From: an uncultured delta proteobacterium
GTDB taxonomy: Bacteria > Myxococcota_A > Polyangia > Polyangiales > Polyangiaceae
NCBI GenBank assembly: GCA_963696385.1
Contig: CAVOKF010000005.1
Span: forward strand, 576,001 to 640,000
Reading direction: 5' to 3'
DNA length: 64,000 nt
The notes under the pieces were generated by a model that saw only the letters and a program-made list of their open reading frames with translations, had not been told where the DNA came from and searched no databases. The first letter of the stretch is position 1. Each line of letters begins with the position of its first letter. Below are positions 1 to 9,428 of this stretch, piece by piece. A program made the translations under genes and the position numbers.

Positions 1-2453
1 TACTCAACGACGTGCCGCCCAACTACACAGCAATCAAGTCGAGCCTCGGTGCGGCCCCCCCGACCAGCGTGATTGTCCTCCCGGTGCTGTTCGAGGGAGA
101 GACCATGGCCGTGATCGAGTTGGCCGCCCTGAGGCCGTTCACGAACACCCACCTCCAGTTTCTCGACCAGCTCACCCAGTCGATCGGCGTCGTGTTGAAC
201 ACGATCGAGGCGACGATGCGGACCGAGAACCTACTGCAGCAGTCGCAGCAGCTGACGACGGAGCTGCAGACGCGCCAGATCGAGCTGCAGCAAACCAACG
301 AGGAGCTCGCGTCCAAGGCCAAGCAGCTTGCCGAGCAAAATGAAGAGGTCGAGCGTAAGAACAAGGAAGTCGAGCAGGCGCGCCGTGCACTCGAGGAGCA
401 GGCGGCCGAGCTCGCGCTGACCTCCAAGTACAAGTCGGAGTTTTTGGCGAACATGTCGCACGAACTCCGAACGCCGTTAAACTCCATTCTCATCCTCGGT
501 CAGCAGCTCGCGGAGAATGTCGGCGGCAATCTCACGGTCAAGCAAATCGATTTTGCAAAGAACATCCACTCGGCCGGCACGGACCTGCTCACCCTCATCA
601 ACGACATTCTCGATCTCTCCAAAATCGAGTCGGGTACGGTCACCGTCGAGCCGGAAGAGATCGCCTTCGTGAATCTGCGAGACACCGTCCATCGGATGTT
701 TCACCACGTCGCCGAGACCAAGGGGCTCGGGTTCCATGTCGACATCGACCCTACGCTGCCGCGCGCGCTGGTGAGCGATCCGAAGCGCCTGCAGCAAATC
801 CTGAAAAATCTTCTGTCGAACGCATTCAAATTCACGGCGCACGGCTCGGTGGGCATGTCGGTTCGCCGGGTGACGTCTGGATGGAACGCGGACCATCCCG
901 TCCTCGGCTCCACGGCCGCGGCGATTGCATTCACGGTGGCCGATACCGGCATCGGCATTGCCCCGGAGAAGCAGAAGTTGATCTTCGAGGCCTTTCAGCA
1001 GGCGGACGCCGGCACCAGCCGCAAGTACGGGGGCACCGGCCTGGGTTTGGCGATCAGCCGGGAACTCGCCAATCTGCTGGGCGGCGAAATCCGTCTTCAG
1101 AGCAAACCAGGAAACGGCAGCACGTTCACCCTGTACTTGCCGCTGACGTACACGGGGCCGACACAGCGCCAGCTCATGGTACCCGCGTCGCCCGCGCATG
1201 CGCCGAGCGCAGTGCCGGTTCTTTCGATGGCGAAGGTCGAAGAGACCGTGGCCGACGATCGCGACGACATTCGCGCGGGCGACACCGTCCTTTTGATCAT
1301 CGAGGACGACTCTCACTACGCACGGGTCCTACTCGGGATCGCGCACCACAAAGGGTTCAAAGCGATTCTCGCCAACCGCGGTCAACAGGCGCTTTCACTC
1401 GCTCGCGAGTATCTCCCCGCCGCGATCAGCCTGGATGTCTTCCTGCCGGATATGCTCGGCTGGACGGTTTTGAACAACCTCAAGCTCGATTCGCGCACGC
1501 GTCACATCCCGGTGCAGATGCTGTCGGTCGAGGAGCAGCGCCAGCACGGCCTGTCGCACGGCGCGTTCACGTATCTCGTCAAACCAGCGACGACGAGCGA
1601 ACTGGAGAGCGCGTTCGACAAGCTGAAGTCGTACGTCGAGCCGCACACCAAGCGGCTTTTGGTGATCGAAGACAATGACGCAGAGCGGGCGAGCATCGTT
1701 GAGCTTCTCGGCCACAGCGACATCGAGATCGCCGCGGTGGGCACCGGGACCGAGGCGCTCGAGGCGCTGCGCGAGCGGCGCTACGACTGCTGCGTCGTCG
1801 ATTTGCGTCTTCCCGACATGAGCGGCTTCGATCTGCTCGAGACACTGCGAGCCGAGCCCCAGCTCCACGACGTTCCGGTCGTCGTGTTCACGGGCAAGGA
1901 GCTTTCCGCCGAGGAAGAGGCCCAGCTTCACGCGGTCGCGAAGAGCGTGGTGCTGAAGGACGTCCAATCGCCCGAACGCTTGCTGGACGAGACTGCGCTG
2001 TTCTTGCACCGTGTCGTGTCGGGGCTCCCGGAGGGCAAGCGCAGGATGATCGAGCGACTCCACGGTTCGGCCGAGGCGCTGCGCGGTCGCAAGGTGCTCG
2101 TCGTCGACGACGACGCTCGCAACATTTTTGCCCTCACGACCATTTTGGAGAATCAGGAGATGGTCGTCGCGAGCGCGACCAATGGTCGGCAGGCGATCGA
2201 GCTCATCGAGCGCACCCCGGATCTGAGCGTCGTTCTCATGGACATCATGATGCCTGAAATGGACGGATACGAGACGATGCGCGAGATTCGCAAGGATTCG
2301 AGATTTCGCACACTGCCTATCCTCGCCCTGACGGCCAAAGCGATGAAGGGCGACCGAGAGAAGTGTCTCGAAGCGGGCGCCTCGGACTACATCGCCAAGC
2401 CCGTCAACACCGACCAACTGCTCTCCTTGCTGCGCGTCTGGTTGTATCGGTAG
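1..2453 (+). CDS. Hybrid sensor histidine kinase (GAF end, coiled coil, HisKA, HATPase, three receiver domains); 5' end lies outside the window
   Basis: H-box FLANMSHELRTPL, N-box NLLSNAFKFT, G-boxes DTGIG and GGTGLGL; three REC domains (IIEDD/SLDVFLPD, VIEDN/VDLRLPD, VVDDD/MDIMMP). Confidence 0.95.
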   Translation, partial: LNDVPPNYTAIKSSLGAAPPTSVIVLPVLFEGETMAVIELAALRPFTNTHLQFLDQLTQSIGVVLNTIEATMRTENLLQQSQQLTTELQTRQIELQQTNEELASKAKQLAEQNEEVERKNKEVEQARRALEEQAAELALTSKYKSEFLANMSHELRTPLNSILILGQQLAENVGGNLTVKQIDFAKNIHSAGTDLLTLINDILDLSKIESGTVTVEPEEIAFVNLRDTVHRMFHHVAETKGLGFHVDIDPTLPRALVSDPKRLQQILKNLLSNAFKFTAHGSVGMSVRRVTSGWNADHPVLGSTAAAIAFTVADTGIGIAPEKQKLIFEAFQQADAGTSRKYGGTGLGLAISRELANLLGGEIRLQSKPGNGSTFTLYLPLTYTGPTQRQLMVPASPAHAPSAVPVLSMAKVEETVADDRDDIRAGDTVLLIIEDDSHYARVLLGIAHHKGFKAILANRGQQALSLAREYLPAAISLDVFLPDMLGWTVLNNLKLDSRTRHIPVQMLSVEEQRQHGLSHGAFTYLVKPATTSELESAFDKLKSYVEPHTKRLLVIEDNDAERASIVELLGHSDIEIAAVGTGTEALEALRERRYDCCVVDLRLPDMSGFDLLETLRAEPQLHDVPVVVFTGKELSAEEEAQLHAVAKSVVLKDVQSPERLLDETALFLHRVVSGLPEGKRRMIERLHGSAEALRGRKVLVVDDDARNIFALTTILENQEMVVASATNGRQAIELIERTPDLSVVLMDIMMPEMDGYETMREIRKDSRFRTLPILALTAKAMKGDREKCLEAGASDYIAKPVNTDQLLSLLRVWLYR

Positions 2454-2462
2454 GAGGGCGAG

Positions 2463-4055
2463 ATGCCGGACACGATCGATATCCTCGTGGTGGACGACGA
2501 GCCGCGCAACCTCGACTCTCTCGAGGCGATCCTCGATGACCCGACGTACCGTGTTCTTCGCGCGCAGGACGCCGAGAGAGCCCTGCGCGTGCTCCTCGAA
2601 AACGACGTGGCAGCCATCGTGCTCGACATCAAGATGCCGATCGTGAGCGGCTTCGAGCTCGCGCATCTCATTAAAGGCACCAAAAAATTCCGGCAGATCC
2701 CGATCGTATTTTTGACCGCGCATCTCGTCGACGATCGCGACGTGCTCACCGGCTACAGTGCCGGCGCCGTCGACTACCTGACCAAGCCGGTGAATCCCCA
2801 GATCCTTCGGCGCAAGGTGGCCGCCTTCGCCGAACTATTCCGCAAGACGCGGGCTCTGGCCGAGCTCAACGAGCACCTCGAGACGCGCGTGCAGGAGCGG
2901 ACGATCGAGCTCGAGAAATCGGAGAGAGCGCTGAGGGCAGCGAACGACCAGAAGGATCTCTTTCTCGCCACACTGGCGCATGAGCTTCGAAACCCCCTCG
3001 CTCCTTTGCGTACAGGGCTCGACGTTCTGCTCAAGCAGCCGGACCAATCCCCCATTGGGGTGCGTGCCCTTGCGGCGATGAACCGGCAGCTCGATCACCT
3101 GGTCCGGCTCGTGGGCGATCTGCTTGACGTCTCGCGAATCAACCGTGGAACGCTCGAGGTGCGCAGGGAGCCGGTCACCCTGTCCTCCGTCATCGACCGC
3201 GCCATTGAAACGACCGGTCCCTTGTTCGCCAAGCGCAATCAATCGGTCGAGATCGATGCCGAGGGGCCGGTCCCAGCGTATGTGGACGCGACGCGCATAG
3301 CCCAAATCGTCGGCAATCTACTCAACAACGCGTCCAAGCATTCCCCCTCCGGTGCACCGATCAAGGTCGAACTCCGGCACAGCGGGGACATGGCCATTGT
3401 CCGGGTGATCGACCAGGGTGTGGGCATCGCTCCGGACCAGATCGAGCGAGTCTTCGATATGTTCACGAAGATCGAGCGCTCGCTGCACAGCGCGAACGAC
3501 GGACTCGGAATCGGTCTGGCCCTCTCCCGACAGTTCGCCGAGCGACACGGCGGAACGCTGACGGCGGAAAGCGCGGGCGAGGGAAAGGGGGCGACATTCA
3601 TCCTTTCAGTGCCCATCGGTCAGACGAAGCACCTCGTCGGGGCGCAGGCGCCGGAGTCCGGGACGTCCAATGAGCCGGAGGGCGGTCTGAACATCGTCGT
3701 CGTCGAAGACAACGAGGACTCGGCGGACATGATGTTGACCTGGTTGGAACAGCTCGGCCACGAGGTGCGGGTGGCCAACACGGGGCCCGAGGGGGTGGCG
3801 CTCATCATGGGGGCTCGTCCCGACCTGGTCTTTTGCGACCTCGGCCTGCCGGGCATGGATGGCGTCGACGTGTGCCGCCGCGTCGTCGTCAGCATGCCCG
3901 AGCCACCGGTGATGGTCGCGCTAACGGGCTGGGGCATGCAGGGCGACCGTCGGCGCACGGTCGAGGCGGGCTTCCATCATCATCTCGTGAAGCCGGTCGA
4001 GCTCGATCAGCTTCGCAGTGTCCTTGAGTCCGTTGGCCGCGCGCGGGGCGGCTGA
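2463..4055 (+). CDS. Hybrid kinase, REC-HisKA-HATPase-REC
   Basis: N-terminal REC (VVDDE, LDIKMP), H-box LAHELRNPL, GLGIGL, C-terminal REC; SD GGAGG just upstream. Confidence 0.95.
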   Translation: MPDTIDILVVDDEPRNLDSLEAILDDPTYRVLRAQDAERALRVLLENDVAAIVLDIKMPIVSGFELAHLIKGTKKFRQIPIVFLTAHLVDDRDVLTGYSAGAVDYLTKPVNPQILRRKVAAFAELFRKTRALAELNEHLETRVQERTIELEKSERALRAANDQKDLFLATLAHELRNPLAPLRTGLDVLLKQPDQSPIGVRALAAMNRQLDHLVRLVGDLLDVSRINRGTLEVRREPVTLSSVIDRAIETTGPLFAKRNQSVEIDAEGPVPAYVDATRIAQIVGNLLNNASKHSPSGAPIKVELRHSGDMAIVRVIDQGVGIAPDQIERVFDMFTKIERSLHSANDGLGIGLALSRQFAERHGGTLTAESAGEGKGATFILSVPIGQTKHLVGAQAPESGTSNEPEGGLNIVVVEDNEDSADMMLTWLEQLGHEVRVANTGPEGVALIMGARPDLVFCDLGLPGMDGVDVCRRVVVSMPEPPVMVALTGWGMQGDRRRTVEAGFHHHLVKPVELDQLRSVLESVGRARGG

Positions 4056-4139
4056 CGAGGTGCCCGTTGCGGGCACCTCGTCGGCGGCGACGCCGAGGTC
4101 GCCGAGGTCCTCGAGTCCGTCGTTCGCGTGCGGGGCGGC
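4020..4139 (+). repeat. Imperfect 33-bp direct repeat (4020-4052 and 4107-4139) flanking a hairpin
   Basis: GTCCTTGAGTCCGTTGGCCGCGCGCGGGGCGGC vs GTCCTCGAGTCCGTCGTTCGCGTGCGGGGCGGC, 28/33 identical. Confidence 0.75.
4054..4082. terminator. GC-rich hairpin between convergent genes, possible bidirectional terminator
   Basis: GACGAGGTGCCCG-TTG-CGGGCACCTCGTC, a perfect 13-bp stem; no U-tract. Confidence 0.5.
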
Positions 4140-4173
4140 GAGCAATGGCCCGAGGCTGACCGATGACGCGGCT

Positions 4174-4749
4174 CTATGGTTGGGACCGTATCGAGCTCTT
4201 GCCGGAGAGGGCGTCCCGCGTTCGGTCCACCATGGCGGCGAACGGGCCGGCGAGCAAATTGGCCGTCGCCGATTCGATGCCAGCATGAGGCCGAGTCGGC
4301 GCGACCGATTCGGCGAGCGTGACGGCTTTGCGCATGCGTTCGAGGCGAGCCGAGTCGAGGACGCTTCCGAGGCGCTCGAACTCTTCGGCTTCCTCCGATT
4401 GGGCATGGGCGATGACGCGGTCCTTCAACGTCTGAAATTGCGACTGGAATTCGCTTGAATCGACGTCGAGCTTCTCGAGCTCGGTGAGCGCCTTCTTGGC
4501 CTCGTTCTCTTCACGCAGGCGCGCGTCGACGATGGCTGGGCCGTCCGGAAGGGTGCGCCGCGCCGCTGGGTGTACGATCTCCTCCTCCGCGGCCTCATGA
4601 ACCGCGAGCATTCGGCGGAGCGTATAAAACACGTTCGCGCGCTCCTCTCCGCGTGTCGAGAGGACCCTATCCAGGAGTTCCTTCACCTCACGGTGTTGAT
4701 CGTGGAGAAAAGCCACAACGTCGTTTCCCGTACGGATCATCGTTGCCAT
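4174..4749 (-). CDS. Hemerythrin (HHE) domain protein
   Basis: HDQHREV, HEAAEEEIVHP and HAQSEE metal-ligand motifs; C-terminal APTRPH typical of this subfamily; ATG at 4749. Confidence 0.9.
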   Translation of the reverse strand: MATMIRTGNDVVAFLHDQHREVKELLDRVLSTRGEERANVFYTLRRMLAVHEAAEEEIVHPAARRTLPDGPAIVDARLREENEAKKALTELEKLDVDSSEFQSQFQTLKDRVIAHAQSEEAEEFERLGSVLDSARLERMRKAVTLAESVAPTRPHAGIESATANLLAGPFAAMVDRTRDALSGKSSIRSQP

Positions 4750-4753
4750 GGGC

Positions 4754-5137
4754 TCACCCAGTCCTTTCCTGTTGACGTGCCAAGGGTCGTGTCTCGTGCC
4801 GGTTGAGTGGGCGGCATCCCGTCGCGCCGCCGGCCGTGAGCCATCGTTCGGAGACTCCGAGGAGTGCGACACCGAACGCGATGAGCCCCAGAGCGACCAA
4901 CGCGTGGCCGATGACGATGGCGTCCGATACACTTGAATCCGACGGATCTTCCCGCACGCCGATGAGGACGGCGATGACGATCGAGACGAACCCCAGACCC
5001 GCGCCGGCGGCCGCGCGGAGCAAGTCCAAAGCCCGCCGGTCGCTCCGCGTGATGGCCAGATGGTCCGTAGCCCCGAACCGGTACGAATCGACGCCCTCGG
5101 GCGGATCGTTGGTAAGGTCGATGTCGACTTCGCTCAT
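4754..5137 (-). CDS. Small two-TM membrane protein, paralogue of 36291-36902
   Basis: Two hydrophobic helices; sequence similarity to the 36.3-36.9 kb gene; sigma54-like motif upstream. Confidence 0.7.
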   Translation of the reverse strand: MSEVDIDLTNDPPEGVDSYRFGATDHLAITRSDRRALDLLRAAAGAGLGFVSIVIAVLIGVREDPSDSSVSDAIVIGHALVALGLIAFGVALLGVSERWLTAGGATGCRPLNRHETRPLARQQERTG

Positions 5138-5151
5138 GCCCCACTATCGGG

Positions 5152-5167
5152 AGCAAATCATGGGCCA
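5152..5167 (-). promoter_or_regulatory. sigma54-like -24/-12 motif
   Basis: TGGCCCATGATTTGCT; ATG 16 nt after the -12 C. Confidence 0.6.
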
Positions 5168-5210
5168 CCGTCTGGCGAGCTTCCTCGTCGGCATGGGCTT
5201 CGCTAACTAA

Positions 5211-5368
5211 GTACACCGCCCCAGAACAAATGGATCAAGCGGGCGGTGTACTTCAATCGCCGGGAGGCGATTGGGGGTTTGGGGCGAAGCCCCAAGGAAA
5301 TCATCAGCGCCGCCCTGCAACGCAGGCGTACCCAGCGCAGCTGGGTACCGCTTAGCGGGGCGCTGTAC
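5211..5368. mobile_element. 158-bp MITE-like element
   Basis: Terminal inverted repeats GTACACCGCCCC / GGGGCGCTGTAC (11/12) flanked by TAA on both sides (5208-5210, 5369-5371); internal hairpins including GGGGTTTGGGGCGAAGCCCCAA. Confidence 0.7.
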
Positions 5369-5463
5369 TAAGACAAGCGAATGAGGACACGCGAGTGAGG
5401 GCGAGTGCAACCCGTCGTCACGCCCCGAGGGGAGCCGACCCCTATATCGCTCGCCTCCGGCAC

Positions 5464-6381
5464 ATGGGGGTCGTCGCCGTCCAAAGTGCCACGGTGGGGC
5501 GCGATGCGGGCGTCCGTTGGTCCGATGACGCTTGCTACCGACTCGGTGCCTCCCTTGCGTACGCCGCACTCTTCTCAATCTTCCCCCTCCTTCTTTTGGC
5601 CGTCACGACGATTGGGTTCGTGCTCGGTGACGACAACACGGTCCGGCAACGGCTTCTCGCTTCGGTAGCCGCGACGACCTCCCCCGCGGTCCGTTCGCTG
5701 TTGAACGATACGCTTCAGAATATGCAGTCCCACCGAACAGCCCGTGGTGTGGGGGCCGTCCTCGGCACGGTCACGCTGCTCCTGGGCGCAAGCGGCGTCT
5801 TCACGGAGCTCCAATCCTCGCTCAACCTGATCTGGCGCGTGAAGCCGCCGCCCACCCAGGGCATCGAGTCCGCGATCCTTGGCACCCTGAGAGCCAGAGC
5901 GTTCTCCTTCGTTGTGGTCGTCCTGGCGGCGTCTACGCTTTTGGCCTTGCTCGTCGTCAGCGCGGGGCTTCAAGCTCTTGGCGGGGTAGCCGACGAGGGC
6001 TCGGCAGGAAGAGCGCTCTGGCAGTGGACGGATGTCGGCCTGTCTTTCGCATTGCTCTCTGGGCTGCTCGCGGCCGTCTATCGCTTCGTGCCGAGCGCTC
6101 CGGTCGCGTGGCGCGACGTCGCACCGGGCGCCCTCCTCACGGCGATCTTGTTCACTGTGCTGAAGACCCTGCTCGCCTGGTACCTGGCTCACGTCGCAAG
6201 CTACGCGGCCTACGGAGCCGTGGGCGCCGTTCTGGGGTTAATGACCTGGATTTACGTTTCGAGCATCGTCGTGTTTTACGGTGCGGAGTTTTCTCGCGTG
6301 TATGCCGAGCGATTCGGCAGTCTCGTCGTCACCCATCCAGCGACTGAGACAACGAAGCCGAGCAAGAGGATGCCGGGCTGA
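5464..6381 (+). CDS. YihY/virulence factor BrkB family membrane protein
   Basis: WSDDACYRLGASLAYAALFSIFPLLL, LQSSLNLIW, YAAYGAVGAVLGLMTWIY...GAEF motifs; start uncertain (5395-5464). Confidence 0.9.
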   Translation: MGVVAVQSATVGRDAGVRWSDDACYRLGASLAYAALFSIFPLLLLAVTTIGFVLGDDNTVRQRLLASVAATTSPAVRSLLNDTLQNMQSHRTARGVGAVLGTVTLLLGASGVFTELQSSLNLIWRVKPPPTQGIESAILGTLRARAFSFVVVVLAASTLLALLVVSAGLQALGGVADEGSAGRALWQWTDVGLSFALLSGLLAAVYRFVPSAPVAWRDVAPGALLTAILFTVLKTLLAWYLAHVASYAAYGAVGAVLGLMTWIYVSSIVVFYGAEFSRVYAERFGSLVVTHPATETTKPSKRMPG

Positions 6382-6434
6382 GCCCGACGCTTGCAGGGGG
6401 CCAACGCCGGCACCGCTCCCACGCAACCGGTGGT

Positions 6435-8582
6435 TCAACGATGGGCGCGGCCGGCGAGTTGTGCCACGGCGTCCACGAGCGCGTTTGGCTCGACCGGCTT
6501 CGCCATGTGCAAGTTAAACCCTTCGACGAGGGCACGGGTCCGATCCTCGTTGCGGGCGAAAGCCGTGAGCGCAATCGCGGGGGTGTCTTTCTTGTCGTCG
6601 GCGGAAAGCGTACGGACACTGCGTATCAGTTGGTAGCCATCCTCGTGCGGCATACCGATGTCCGAGACGATCACCTGCGGAGTGAAGCTCTGCAACTCTT
6701 TGAGTGCGTCCGCCGCGCTCGCGGCCGATCGAACCTCCATCCCGACCTCCTCGAAGACGTAGGCGACCAGTTCTCGGGCGTCGGGCTCGTCGTCGACGAC
6801 GAGAACGCGAATCCCCTCGAGCCCCAGGGGAGGAGTCAGGCGGACGTCTTGATGCTGGGTAGCGGGTACCCGGGGAATGCCCATCGTCGCCGAGACGAGC
6901 GGGCTAATCGGCAACAGAACGCGAAACAGTGCGCCCTGCCCCAACCCTGGGCTCTCGGCATCGACGGACCCGCCATGCAGCTCGACGATGTGTTTCGCAA
7001 TCGAGAGACCGATGCCGAGACCCCCATGCGGTCGGGCGGAGGTCCCGTCGGACTGTCGAAAACTATCGAATACGTACGGGAGGAATTCGGCGGCGATTCC
7101 GACGCCGTTGTCCTGGACCGTCAACTCCAGATCGGATTCGACCCGCCGCAGGCGAACTTGGACGGTGCCGTTCTTCGGTGTGAATTTCACGGCATTGGAC
7201 AGCAGGTTCCAGGCAACTTGTTGGAGCCGATCGCCGTCGCCTCGCATGAGCGCGTGGTCCCGCTCGATATCCATGGCGATCTGAACGCGCTTGGCATCGG
7301 CGGCCGGGCGCACACCCTCGATGGCCATATCGACGACGTTGCCGAGATCGACCTGCGACGGATTGATCCGAATCTTCCCGGTGAAGATCCGGCTGATGTC
7401 CAAGAGGTCGGCGACCAGCTGACTCTGGGCGTGCGCATTGCGTTGGATCACGTCGAGGGCGTGCTCTCGCTTCGCCGCGGAGAGCGTTCCACTGCGCATC
7501 AAGCGAAGCCAGCCGACGATGGCGTTCAAAGGAGTCCGCAGCTCGTGCGACACGATCGCGACGAACTCGTCCTTGGCCCGGGTGGCGGCTTCGACGCGAG
7601 ACCGCGCGCTCTGCGAGAGCTCGTACAAGCGGGCGTTGTCGATGGCGACCGCGGCTCGCCGAGCCACCTCGCTTGCGAGCACCACGTCCTGTTCGCGATA
7701 GCGACGAGGAGAGTCGGTGTACCCCAGCGTCAGCGCCCCGAAAGCCGATCCCTGGACGGCAAGCGGCACGATTAGCCAAGACGTCGGATGGATGGCCCGA
7801 ACCAGCGTTCGCTGCTCGTCACTCAGGGTCATGCGCTCGAAAAAGCCCGGTTCAACCTCCGAAACGAGGACCGGCTGTTCGGGTCGTACGGCATACGCGT
7901 AGCCACGCCGAGGATCGGTCAGAAGGGGGTAGTTCCTGTAGCTCGCGCGCAGCAAGCCCTCCTTCGCGGCATCGACGTGAAGCAGCGGTATCTCATCGCT
8001 GCCGTGGCCGTCGAGATGAACCGTGCAAAAGTCCGCCATTCGAGGCACGAGCAACCTCGTGAGCTTGCTCAGGGTCGAACGGTAATCGAGCGAAGACGAA
8101 AGAATTTGCCCGGCCTCCGCGAGAAATTCCAAGTTGGCCTTCTGCTTGTCGAGCTCCTCATCTCGATACGCGACGTACTCGGTCGTCGCTTGGGTCACCC
8201 CCACGCTGAGGCACTTCCCTAGGGTGTCGTGATCCTCGATGGATAACTGTGCGTTCGTCTCGCGTGCTATCCGAAGGATGCAATGGCGCAATACTCCATA
8301 CTCACGAGTCAAGGCGCCGAGATCGTACCCGAGGCTAAAGCGCTGCCCGCCGTGTTGACGGGCGGTCTCGCTCGTATCGATGGCGTCCTGACTCATACGA
8401 ACCGGTTCGTCCCGGGCGAGCTCCGCTACGATTTCGTCGAGAAACTCGGGAATGTGGTCGACGAGGAGCGACTGCGAGGTTCCGCGGGGGGACAGATCCT
8501 TCCGCCGTACTTCGGCAACGAACCGCGACACGATCGGGTCGCGGTAGTCCGTGAGAAGCTGCACAAGAGTGGGTGGGGTCAT
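6435..8582 (-). CDS. Hybrid kinase, RsbRD-N-like domain-GAF-HisKA-HATPase-REC
   Basis: N-terminal LVDHIPEFL...QHGGQRFSLGYDL...EYGVLR (RsbRD_N-like), GAF ending AIDNARLY, H-box VSHELRTPL, C-terminal REC. Confidence 0.92.
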   Translation of the reverse strand: MTPPTLVQLLTDYRDPIVSRFVAEVRRKDLSPRGTSQSLLVDHIPEFLDEIVAELARDEPVRMSQDAIDTSETARQHGGQRFSLGYDLGALTREYGVLRHCILRIARETNAQLSIEDHDTLGKCLSVGVTQATTEYVAYRDEELDKQKANLEFLAEAGQILSSSLDYRSTLSKLTRLLVPRMADFCTVHLDGHGSDEIPLLHVDAAKEGLLRASYRNYPLLTDPRRGYAYAVRPEQPVLVSEVEPGFFERMTLSDEQRTLVRAIHPTSWLIVPLAVQGSAFGALTLGYTDSPRRYREQDVVLASEVARRAAVAIDNARLYELSQSARSRVEAATRAKDEFVAIVSHELRTPLNAIVGWLRLMRSGTLSAAKREHALDVIQRNAHAQSQLVADLLDISRIFTGKIRINPSQVDLGNVVDMAIEGVRPAADAKRVQIAMDIERDHALMRGDGDRLQQVAWNLLSNAVKFTPKNGTVQVRLRRVESDLELTVQDNGVGIAAEFLPYVFDSFRQSDGTSARPHGGLGIGLSIAKHIVELHGGSVDAESPGLGQGALFRVLLPISPLVSATMGIPRVPATQHQDVRLTPPLGLEGIRVLVVDDEPDARELVAYVFEEVGMEVRSAASAADALKELQSFTPQVIVSDIGMPHEDGYQLIRSVRTLSADDKKDTPAIALTAFARNEDRTRALVEGFNLHMAKPVEPNALVDAVAQLAGRAHR

Positions 8583-8748
8583 GCCGTCCGTGCCCGCCGC
8601 CGCCCGCCCGTTCGTCTGCCCATCCCGTGTGAGTTTCGGTTCATACCCGCTTTGCTGGGCTGGGCAAGGGATTCTCCACGCGGGCCGCGAGGCCGCGGAG
8701 CAGCCTCGGCCGCCGCGAAAGGGCGCGTCAACCCGTTTGGGGCGCATG

Positions 8749-9285
8749 TCACGCGCGCCTCCCTCCAACCGGCGTTGAATGAGGTGGGGCCTCGAGCGTT
8801 TGCTCCAGTGCCGACAACAGGGCATCGGGGTCCACCGGCTCCTTCATCGTTTCCGCCACACGGTCGACCCGGTCCCGGACGGTCGGAAGGTCGCGGCGGA
8901 GCTCTTCCATGAGGGCGATGAGCTTTGCGACCTTCTGCTCGGCCAACAAATTGACTTGGAGATCGAGCTGAGCGCGCTGTTCCGCATGGCTGGTCTGTCG
9001 GTTCTGGGTGATCAGAATGGTGGTAGTCATCAAAAGGGCAGCGAAGCCCACGGCCCCTTGAAGCCAAGAGAAAGGTGGCGGATCGAGAGGCTGTCTTCCG
9101 AAGCTAGGCGCCAGGAGATTCGCGCTGATCCAGAAGGCGGTGAAACCCAGAAGCAAATAGAAGGTGCGTGGCCGACCGACCTGAGCCGTGACCCGCTCGA
9201 TGCGCCGCTGGTGTTCACTGACATTGCGTTCGACACGCGCTTGCAGTGCAGTCAGCGGTGCGACGTTCTCCTTGTGGTGTTCCGT
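8749..9285 (-). CDS. DUF1003 family membrane protein; start appears to be ACG
   Basis: DPPPFSWL...ILITQNRQ...LDLQVNLLAEQKVAKLI motif; SD GGGAGG is followed by in-frame ACG at 9285. Confidence 0.8.
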   Translation of the reverse strand, partial: TEHHKENVAPLTALQARVERNVSEHQRRIERVTAQVGRPRTFYLLLGFTAFWISANLLAPSFGRQPLDPPPFSWLQGAVGFAALLMTTTILITQNRQTSHAEQRAQLDLQVNLLAEQKVAKLIALMEELRRDLPTVRDRVDRVAETMKEPVDPDALLSALEQTLEAPPHSTPVGGRRA

Positions 9286-9314
9286 TCCGACCTCCCTTTC
9301 CGGACCGACTGCCC

Positions 9315-9330
9315 AGCACACGCCGTGCCG
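9315..9330 (-). promoter_or_regulatory. sigma54-like -24/-12 motif
   Basis: CGGCACGGCGTGTGCT upstream of the DUF1003 SD. Confidence 0.55.
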
Positions 9331-9428
9331 ACGGAGTCGGGCTGCGGATGGAAGGGATCTCCTCGGGGTAAAAGGCCAGTCGCGGGTCCCTGCGGTACGC
9401 AAACGCCACAGGTCGTGGCACCCTGGAT

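Noticed and set aside
4053..4082. UGA plus hairpin as a selenocysteine insertion signal
   Set aside because: The UGA is at the normal end of a receiver domain with no redox motif, and the hairpin is better explained as a terminator between convergent genes.
6441..7775. Long antisense or alternate-frame ORFs, e.g. 6441-7775, 40067-41620, 50783-53002 and 61477-62940
   Set aside because: They are shadows of well-supported genes in GC-rich DNA. Only the last part of 50783-53002 is informative (the SulP fragment).
8663..8678. Weaker GG-N10-GC matches, e.g. upstream of the 8582 kinase, treY and the Omp85 barrel
   Set aside because: They match the consensus poorly and are expected by chance at this GC content, so they were not counted.
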